A stretch of DNA of 64,000 nucleotides from Octopus vulgaris. Its lineage: Eukaryota. Positions within the stretch are counted from its first letter, which is position 1; each line of letters starts with the position of its first letter. The DNA is taken from NCBI GenBank assembly GCA_951406725.2, contig OX597827.1, positions 63,736,001 to 63,800,000 on the forward strand. Direction: 5' to 3'. This document shows, piece after piece, positions 55,140 to 64,000 of the stretch. The position numbers and the translations under genes are program-made. The notes beneath the pieces are model-generated. The model ran no database searches and was not told where the DNA came from. It saw nothing but the letters and a program-made list of their open reading frames with translations.

Positions 55140-55612
55140 GCCAGACTCGCTACCAAATGCAGATTGGTGAATGCAATTGTCTTCCCAATAGCAACATATG
55201 GATGCAAGACCTGGACACTATAGAAAGTCGACCAGAAGAGAATTAATGCATTCGAGCTTTAGTGTTGGAGAAAACTTTTACAGATTCCATGGACAGCAAA
55301 GCTCACCAATGGAGAAGTTCTTCAGCAGATCAGGCCTAAAATATCGCTAGAAGCTAGGATCACCAAGCATAGATTGGCATATTTTGGTCATATTATGTGG
55401 AGAAAATCCCTGGAGAAGGATATCGTGCTCGGAATGGTCAGTGGCAAGAGAAGAAGAGGTTGACCAAGCACCCGCTGGCTTGACACCATCAAGAGTGATA
55501 CCGGAATGGACATAGCAAATCTGAAAGAAGCAGCCCAGGATAGAACTGACTGGAGGACACTGATCCAACGAGTAACCGAGAGTCGACTTCGACTGAGTGG
55601 ATAGATAGATAG
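55140..55612 (+). mobile_element. 5'-truncated RTE-clade (BovB-like) LINE 3' end with stop codons
   Basis: Translates TKCRLVNAIVFPIATYGCKTWTL*K...AFEL*CWRKLLQIPWTAK...YFGHIM...G*PSTRWLD...DRTDWR...SRLRLSG*; (ATAG)n tail; 11-bp TSD ATGTATACATG at 55129-55139 and 55613-55623. Confidence 0.9.
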
Positions 55613-56233
55613 ATGTATACATGTGTGTATATGAGTGTGTGAGCTTTTGTGTGAGGTTAACAATAACTATTTTGATATGCATAAAAATAATGCGTGTTGG
55701 CTGACTAGAGAATTCAATGTATTAGGCTTGGCTTTAAAATATTTTCAGGTTCAATATCATGTTGTGGTACTCAGGCATATGTATACTACTATAGGTTCAG
55801 ATTGACCTATGTTTCCTAATGTATGAAGCCCATTGAATGTATGTGTGTGAATGTATGTCTTTATACCTCTGTACACATTTGTTTGCGTATATGTCTCTAT
55901 CATGTGTCTGTTTTCCTTTATATGTTTTTGTATTCATACTGCTTAGATAGCATTATGAATGTTGCTGTTGTTGTGGTCATTGTTTTCCATAAATACGAAG
56001 CCCAGCAGTTCAATGTGCAAAGACAAGGAATAAAAGTATTTTACTCAGAAATATATGAAGGTTGGCATCAGAAAGGGTACTTAGCTGTAGAAAAGCGCCT
56101 TGAGAAGTTTCATCCAGTTCATGTCAAGTTGGGAGAAACAGGTGATATAAAAATTGAGAAAGTAAATAATTAATTAACGAATTAATTAAATATTTGTACT
56201 AATATGTCATTCATTTGTTTTTCTTTTTGACAG

Positions 56234-56363
56234 CAGGCTTCTGAAAGCCCCTCACGTGCTCAGCGCCGCAGCAATTCCTTGACCTCTGGAGGTCGCAGTG
56301 GGTCTGTTGAAGACAGAAATACACTAGATTCCAAGCCTCACGCTACAACTGCCAAAAGAAAAG
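56234..56363 (+). CDS. Internal coding exon (130 nt, phase 0-1): QASESPSRAQRRSNSLTSGGRSGSVEDRNTLDSKPHATTAKRK
   Basis: Acceptor tttttctttttgacAG (NAGNAG cagcag); donor AAG|GTTAGA; open frame; GC-richer unique island; phase matches exon 21557-21640. Confidence 0.8.
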
Positions 56364-57044
56364 GTTAGAAAATCTCTCTTATTCATTTTCTTAATCTGTG
56401 TCTGTGTGTGTAAGTTTTTTTTTGACATGAGTATATGCTGAGTTTGTCATTAAGTTCTCACCTTGTTATCTCCCCTTGTGTCATTACAACCCTGCCACCC
56501 ACCCCACCTGCCCCTGCCAGCATCCTCCTCACATCCCCTCGTCTTCTGACCCCACCCCCACCCTTGTACAGTATTGCATTTGCCCCACCCGCCCACTTGT
56601 ACTTACCTATTGCTTTGAAGGGCCACCTTGACACCTCATTCCCTATTTCTTACTGATCATTCTCTCTCTCTCTCTCTCAGTCTCTCACTCGATTTCTCTC
56701 TCTCCTACTAAATGTAAGTAACCATGCAGTTCTACAAAAACCTACTCTGTCCCCCCCAACCTTCTACCATACTTTAACCCTTCATCTCCCAGCATAAAGC
56801 CAGCCGTACCTCCCTTGGGGCTCATAGTCTTGTGAACTGCATGGCAACCTCGGCAGTGCTGGTGAAATAAAAAAAAGAAACACGGCACCCTGTAGATACC
56901 ATAAAGTGGTTGATATTAAGAAGGTCATCCGACCACAGAAACCATGCCAAAGCAGACACAGCACAGTCCTTAGACCCATCAGATCATGCCAACCCATCCA
57001 ACTCTAGCATGGAACATGGACATTAAATGATGAAGATGACGATA

Positions 57045-57560
57045 ACACACCCACCTGTTGTTTGGTATAAAATACCTATAAACACGACATGTAACCATTT
57101 AGTTTGAACTCCATATGATCCCATTACATTAACAAAAGGTGCATCCTTGAAGGGAATTTTTGATGCATACTCATTGTTCTATAACATATACATTGGCTGC
57201 AATATCTTCAGAGTTCTGGTGTACATTGTTTCTTCATCAATAATAAATTTATTATCGCTGTGGAAACAACTTTAGAGGCATAAAATTTTTATACATATAC
57301 CTTTCTCCTTTTACACCAGTCTCTTTCCTTTCCGAATGATATTTAAGAAAATTTTTCAATCCATTTTAACACAGTTGTTATAGGCGTTGATGCCATAGCA
57401 ATTTTAGTGAATTCCAATATAAACATTATTTGTAAGTGTTACACAATCTCTGAAGATTTGATAATGTAATTTGTATATAAGATTTTTCCTTATGTAACAG
57501 ATGTTATTACTGAAGCAAAATATGTGTGAGTTTATGAAACGTAATAATTTAGGAACAAAC
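57045..57560 (+). mobile_element. Possible heavily decayed Penelope-like element fragment (GIY-YIG region plus hammerhead-like end)
   Basis: Broken peptides PVVWYKIP, CILEGN, YIGC; CTGAAGC...GAAACGTA motif at 57510-57543. Confidence 0.3.
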
Positions 57561-57730
57561 CCGCCTGTTTTATTTTTTATAAATGTACACCATAATGTTC
57601 CTAGCTATGGAGACCTGTGAAAGAAAACTTGACTGTAAAATGAGTGCTTGCAGTTTCTTCCTTTCATGTAGTAGAATGCACATAAAATTCTAAAAACTGG
57701 TTATGTATCTAGCTATTTAAATTTAAATCA

Positions 57731-57769
<39 letters not shown>

Positions 57770-58704
57770 CATAGGAGTGGCTGTGTTTGTAGGCGTAGGA
57801 GTGGCTGTGTGGTAAGTAGCTTGCTTACCAACCAATATATATACACACACGGCAGGCTTCTTTCAGTTTCCCCTGTTCTTGAGCAAAACACTTCGTTTCA
57901 CATTGTTCCAGTCTGCTCAGCTGGCAAAAATGAGTAATCCTGCAATGGACTGGCGTCCCATCCAGGTGGGGAATTTCTACGCCACTGAAACCAGGAAACT
58001 GACCCTTATGAGCCCGTCATGGCTCGAGAAGGAACATTTTTTTAATATTATACATTATATAATATATATACATATAGACTGACCATTTATTTGTTGTTTA
58101 TTTCTTTATGTATTTATATTTTTATTTTATTTTCTATTCCAGTTCAATCAGAAAACTCAGAAAATCAGATGGGAAAGGTAAACATAGACTCATCATCCTA
58201 ATTATATCTATATATAATTATAATTATCATTCTGTTTGTTACAACATCCATGTGTTTGTACCTACAAGATTAACTATGGAAGACTACCTATGACATAATC
58301 AAAGACTTCAACATATTGACACATGTCCAAGTGTTTTTACACCTTAACTCTTTCATATTTAAACTGGCCATATCCAGCCCAAATATTTTACCTGTTTTAT
58401 GTCCAAATTGGCCAGATTTTGTCTCTCACACCTACCCAACAATGTCATTGTAAAAATAACATATTATTGTAATCTGAAAGGTAGAGGGCAGGGCTACCTC
58501 ATTGAAGACATTAGCTAGTCTTTAGCACAGTGAAATGAGTTTGAATGTTACACTTTATACAGCCCTAACTATGGAAGGATATTGAAGACATAATTGAAAT
58601 GTTTATGTATGTTCTTTTATTCTTTTATTTGTTTCAGTCATTTGACTGTGGCCCAAAGTCCTGTGAGTAAATTTGGTAGATGGAAACTGAAAAGAAGCCT
58701 GCCG

Positions 58705-58789
<85 letters not shown>

Positions 58790-59026
58790 GTATATGTGTG
58801 TCTGAGTTTGTCCCCCAACCATCACTTGACAAGTGATGTTGGTGTATTTACGTCCCCGTAACTTAGCGGTTCAGCAAAAATGACTGATAGAATAAGTTCT
58901 AGGCTTACAAAGAATAAGTCCTGGGGATCGATTGGTTCGATTAAAGGCAGTGCTCCAGTATTGCCCACAGTCAAATGACTGAAACAAGTAAAAGAATATA
59001 ATATATATACATATATAAAGTATTAC

Positions 59027-59056
59027 TGTATAAGTATTTAGAGCTGCTTCTAATTC

Positions 59057-59121
<65 letters not shown>

Positions 59122-59176
59122 TATATACACATGTATATATATATATGAATTAGAAGCAGCTCTAAACACTTATACA
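59027..59176. repeat. Inverted repeat around (TA)n
   Basis: TGTATAAGTATTTAGAGCTGCTTCTAATTCAT / ATGAATTAGAAGCAGCTCTAAACACTTATACA. Confidence 0.8.
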
Positions 59177-59313
59177 GAATTGAACACACATACATAAGGT
59201 GTGTGTTGTTGTTAGTTTGTGAGTCAGCTGCATTTTTAGGCATCAGAGAATATCTTCTCAATGCACCTAGTGTTAAAAACACCTGAGAGTAAGTCATAGG
59301 CAAGCGAAATAAT

Positions 59314-59346
59314 CTGGGGATTCTACTAGAGTAGATGCAAGCGCTA
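59314..59346 (+). ncRNA. Hammerhead-like motif (decayed), copy 2
   Basis: CTGGGGA-TTCTAC(TAGA)GTAGAT-GCAA-GCGC-TA. Confidence 0.45.
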
Positions 59347-59560
59347 ATATGTGAGTTATAAAAACATGTGACATATTATCAAAAGCCTGTAAATATAAAA
59401 CCATCCAGATTTCTGAGTACCTTATTTCTTCTAATATATAATACCTGTACATCACCTCCAAACCTTCTAAGATATACATATATATATATATATAATTTAT
59501 ACTGTACAGTTCCATGATGGTAAGATCAACAAAAAAAGTGCTCCATCTGGTGAGAGATAA

Positions 59561-59759
59561 ATATTATTTAATAAATACAATACATGTTATGTGCTAGTAT
59601 TAGTCTCCTGTGCTGAGAACATGCCAGGCATTGTCTTATAACATGTTTGGTGCCCCAGCACTATCATCAGACATGTTATATACCAATGTTTGGCATGTTC
59701 TCAGCATATGAAACTAATAGTAGCACATAAATACATATATTGTGTTTATTAAATTATAT
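59561..59759. mobile_element. Fold-back element centred on a hammerhead-like core
   Basis: ~85-bp inverted arms (TGTGCTA..TTAGT..TGCTGAGAACATGCCA / TGGCATGTTCTCAGCA..ACTAA..TAGCACA). Confidence 0.8.
59637..59673 (-). ncRNA. Hammerhead-like motif (G12 mutated) at a fold-back axis
   Basis: TGT-CTGATGA-TA-GTGC(TGGG)GCAC-CAAAC-AT-GTT-ATA; stem III ACATGT. Confidence 0.6.
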
Positions 59760-60293
59760 ATATATATATACATGACAATTCCTCTTTTTTATGCAATAGT
59801 TTGTCCTTAATCAATACACTGTAGATAAATAGGCTGTTCCCAGGTTGACTTTTCCGTTAACATTTGATGCTCCCGACCAACAACACTGTTAAGATTTCTG
59901 ACATTTTGTGATTTTTATTTCTCCAGCAAAGGGTTGAGCAGGGGGTGTGAATGTTTATTTGTATTTTTTATTTGCTTCTCTTTAGTTTTTTTACCTTTGA
60001 TTTCTGTTTCCTATTTTTCCCTACCTAATATTGGATATATGATATAAAATATTTTTTAAAAATTCAAACAGCTATGAAATAATATTTGAATAGAATGATT
60101 AAAAATTCTCAAAAATATCTTTTGACTGAATTGTTTATGTAATAAACAGTGAATTACATAAAACAATATGAAATTATATATATATAAGATAACAGTGTAG
60201 TTTGCTTGAAGCATTGTAATACAGAAATAGAAAATTAAAGAAAAGAGAAATAAAGAAAATTTCTAACAATGCATATATGTGTGTGTGTCTACA

Positions 60294-60491
60294 TACAGAG
60301 TCTGCCAAAACATGTATACACACTCCAGGAAAGGAAAAATCTATAAATATTCAACTTTATAAATATAGATGCCTCTTTCAATGTTTTATCAAATTGGGAT
60401 AACACCTAATAAATTGGGATAACACTGAATTAGAATATTTATACAGATTTTTCCTTTCCTGGAGTGTGTAACCACTTTTTGTGGATTTGTA
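60294..60491. mobile_element. Tc1/mariner-type MITE with ~55-bp TIRs
   Basis: TA-CAGAGTC...ACACACTCCAGGAAAGGAAAAATCTATAAATATTC is mirrored by GAATATTTATACAGATTTTTCCTTTCCTGGAGTGTGT...TG-TA; small internal duplication AAATTGGGATAACAC x2. Confidence 0.75.
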
Positions 60492-60841
60492 TGCATGTGT
60501 GTATGTATGTATATATATATATATATGTCTACATATATCATCATCATCATCATCGACTCTACTGAGTGGTTGGTGTTAAGAAGTGCATCCAGCTGTAAAA
60601 ATCCTGCCAAAACAGTTAAAGAAGTCTAGTGCCAGCTTCTGCTTGGCCAACTCCTATCAAACTGTCCCACCCATGCCAGCATGGAAGGCAGACATTAAAC
60701 GATGATGATGATGATATATATATATATATACATACATACATATATATATATAAAATTTATATGTATATACCTACTTATATATATATATATATATACATAC
60801 ACATACATTCACACACACATATATGTATAAATATATGTATG

Positions 60842-60872
<31 letters not shown>

Positions 60873-60941
60873 TAATACACCTGGTTGTAGTTTATACTAT
60901 GTTTTCTTCTTCCTCTTACTACAAACCGCACCTCTTTATAG

Positions 60942-61064
60942 ACAGGTTTCATTTTGGTCAGCTTTGGCTTCAACAAAGATGGCAGACTGCTTTCTTATTG
61001 AAACGGCAATCTTCCACAAACAACAACAACAACACCAACAACAACAACAAAATACGTGAAGCAG
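60942..61064 (+). CDS. Possible next exon (phase 1 start): DRFHFGQLWLQQRWQTAFLLKRQSSTNNNNNTNNNNKIREA; alternative donor after 61087
   Basis: Acceptor cctctttatAG; frame open when joined to the phase-1 end of the 56363 exon; donors CAG|GTACCC or GAG|GTAACG. Confidence 0.35.
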
Positions 61065-61223
61065 GTACCCTTTTACCCTTTTTTGAGGTAACGTTCAAAT
61101 TCCCAAATCTGCTTTGGCACTGTTCTCATGGTTACCATTTGCGAAGGCAACGCTAGCAGCCACGCTGTATTGGGCCTAGGATGCAATGCGCATGAATTTT
61201 CAAGAACTACTAAACTTTGGAAC

Positions 61224-61262
<39 letters not shown>

Positions 61263-63703
61263 TTACTACTACTACTGCTGCTGCTACTGCTGCTGCTGCT
61301 AATAGTTCTACTACTACTACCCTTCCTCCCACTCTTACCATTTTACATCCTTCTTCTGCACGTAACAAACCCAGATTGTTTTTTTTTTAATATTGTTTTT
61401 ATTAACTTTGAAGGCAGTGAGTTGGCAGTATCGTTAGCATAACGAGAAAAATGCTTAGCAGTATTTCATCTATCTTAAAGTTCTGAGTTCAAATTCTGCC
61501 AAGGCTGACTTTGCCTTTCATCCTTTCAGGGTTGATAAAAGCAGTACCAGTTGAGTACTGGGGTCGATGTAATCGACTGGAACCTTCCCTCAAAATTCCA
61601 GGCCCTGTGCCTAGAGTAGAAAGGATTGGTTTTATAAGCATTTTTTAAATATATTTTTATTTTTTTATTTTTTGTTTTTTTTTTTTCTTTGGATGCCTGA
61701 CCTGGAGTTGAACAACCATAACACTAATATGCAATATGTAAAAAAAAAATTGTTCCATTTTTTTATTCATTTTTTCAAATTTATTTTGTTTGGTTTATCT
61801 TAATGGCATGATGTTGATGACTTTTTTTTTGTCTTTTTATTTTCTAATTTTTGGTTTTGGGATCTTGGAAAATTTGGACGTTGGCATATTGTGGGAGTAA
61901 GATTCTGGGTTTAAGATTTTGGGTTTTTCCTCTGTAGTTCTTAATGTATGTTTCTTCTGCTAATTATGAAAATGACAAACTAACTGAGAATTGGTTTCTC
62001 TTTTTTTTTTCTTTTTTTTTTTTGTGGAGTTTGGGGAAGGCAGCATGACTCACAACTCTCTTCGGGGCCTCCAAGAGTTATGGAGAAGATACATTGAACA
62101 TTGCACTCATGATCATAAGACTGTGGTTTCAATTCCTGGACCACACAGTGCATTGTATTCTTGAGCAAAATGCTTCCTTTCCCATTGTGCCATGTCCACT
62201 TAGCTGTAAATGATTAACCCTCCTACAGCCCGGACCCCCAGTCAGGGCGAATGTTGTGGCTTCAGTCACTTATATACCATGGAAAGCAGGTAATTGTCCA
62301 AGTGGGTCCTAGGGCTCAAGACAGAACTGAAAAGAGTGGTGGGAGGTGAAGAGGAAATTTTCTTTTGACTTGACCAAAATCCTTGAAACAGACTGGACTC
62401 TATTAAAGGGACTTAAAGGTTAAGTGATCCTGTTAAATGAGGCAATGAAGGAAGTCTTCCACCCTAAAAAATAGCTGTGGCCCCCTCCAGTGAACTTCCA
62501 CACAGTTTTTATTTTCCCAAATTTCACTCTTAAGGGTTTTGTTGATCTGAGGTTTTGTTAGGGGACATATACCCAGGGTGTTGCAAAATAGGATTGAACC
62601 TGAAACCATGTGGTCACAATACAAACTGCTTTACTACACATCCATTCCTGATTTGCTCTTGGCAAGCCAAGTTTTCTGTGCAGGTTCAATACCCAGTTGA
62701 GATAATGCTTTTCGCATTTATTTACACTCAACAACAGCAAAAAGATTAATTTATTATTTTTTTTATTTATGTGCCCTTTTCAAGCCTAGCCAGGTTCATG
62801 TGCCCGGTTTCCTGGTTTCTATGGTGTATGTGTTCCCCCCAGCTGAAAGGAACACCAGTCCATCGCAGCATTACTCAAGAAACAGGAAGAAAGAGTCCCG
62901 GTCCAGGATTCAAACTCACAGCCTCGTGATCATAATCTCGATGGTGTAACCACTGAGCCATGTGCCTTCATAACTATTCCACCATACTGTACTTACTGCT
63001 TTGAAGTACTGCCAAATTAAATAATTAACTAGTGTAATGATCATCTCAAATTGTTTTTAATGATTTTTATTTTTTTTACCTCACAAGTATTTTTAGTGCA
63101 CATCTGCAGCCTTATCAAATGCCTTACTCTCTTGCAACTACTTTGTTTTTGTGGGTTTTTTCTTCTTTTTTTTTTGTAAAAGCACCATTCGAGCATGATC
63201 GTTACCTGTGTCGCCTTACTGGCACTTGTACTGGTGGCAAAGGAAAAAACATTCAAGCAGGATCATTGCCAGTGCTGCTGGACTGGCTCCTGTGCAGGTG
63301 GCACATAAAAAGCACCATTTGAGCATGACCATTGCCAGTACAGCCTGACTGGCCCTCGTGCCGGTGGCACATAAAAGCACCCACTACACTCTCAGAGTGG
63401 TTGGCATTAGGAAGGGCATCCAGCTGTAGAAACTGTGCCAGATCAAGATTGGAGCCTGGTGCAGCCATCTGGTTTGCCAGACCTCTGTCAAATCGCCAAA
63501 CCTATGCTAGCATGGAAAGCAGACGTTAAACGATGATGATGATGATCTCTTTGTTTGTTCATTGGGCAGTTGCAAAAGATGAACGCATTTGAAAGGCCGC
63601 AGATGTGCAACGAAAATTATTTTATGTGATAAAAAAAGAAAGGTTGACAGATATGGTGAGGTATCCATGCACAGTAATTCAGTGTACAACAGATTTTAGT
63701 TAA

Positions 63704-63925
63704 CCCTTTCGTTACCAACCCGGCTGAAACCACCTCTGGCTCTGTAGTACAAATAGCTGTTTCCAAAAGTTCCGAATTAAAATCTTCCACCAAACCTTAG
63801 TCATGATTTAAAGTTCCTAACTCTAGCCTAATGATAACTAAATTATTTTACTAAATTCTTTGCTATATTCAAAATTAATCGAAAGAAACACAGAGCATCT
63901 CAACAGAAATATGGTAACAAAGGGG
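63704..63925. mobile_element. piggyBac-type MITE
   Basis: TTAA-CCCTTTCGTTACCA ... TGGTAACAAAGGGG-TTAA; a related right-end fragment lies at ~8312-8383. Confidence 0.85.
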
Positions 63926-64000
63926 TTAATAATTTGACCACTTGGATCACATACATAAAACCATATGAATAAAATCCTATTTTTACAATGACTTATGTGG

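Overview
Eukaryotic, AT-rich, microsatellite-saturated genomic DNA. The SINE families, 5S sequence and repeat landscape suggest an octopod (Octopus-like) genome; this is an inference. Almost every ORF in the supplied track is a translation of (TA)n/(CA)n/(CT)n repeats. The window looks like the inside of one large + strand gene, with two well-supported, phase-compatible exons (21557-21640, 56234-56363) and a possible third (from 60942). The introns hold several tRNA-derived SINE families, decayed LINE 3' ends (RTE/BovB-like, R4/Dong-like, Tx1/L1-like), hAT, piggyBac and Tc1-type MITEs, minisatellites and local duplications. The main hidden signal is about a dozen minimal type-I hammerhead ribozyme-like motifs with palindromic stem III, the Penelope-type dimer signature. 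They lie in short islands between (TA)n tracts, three of them at the axis of fold-back elements, and include a U3-A8 covariant and a form with a very long stem II. Also notable are a full-length 5S rRNA copy fused to a LINE-type 3' stem-loop tail and a perfect three-way-junction RNA candidate at 25554-25622. All structures were read by eye, and none was computed or searched.
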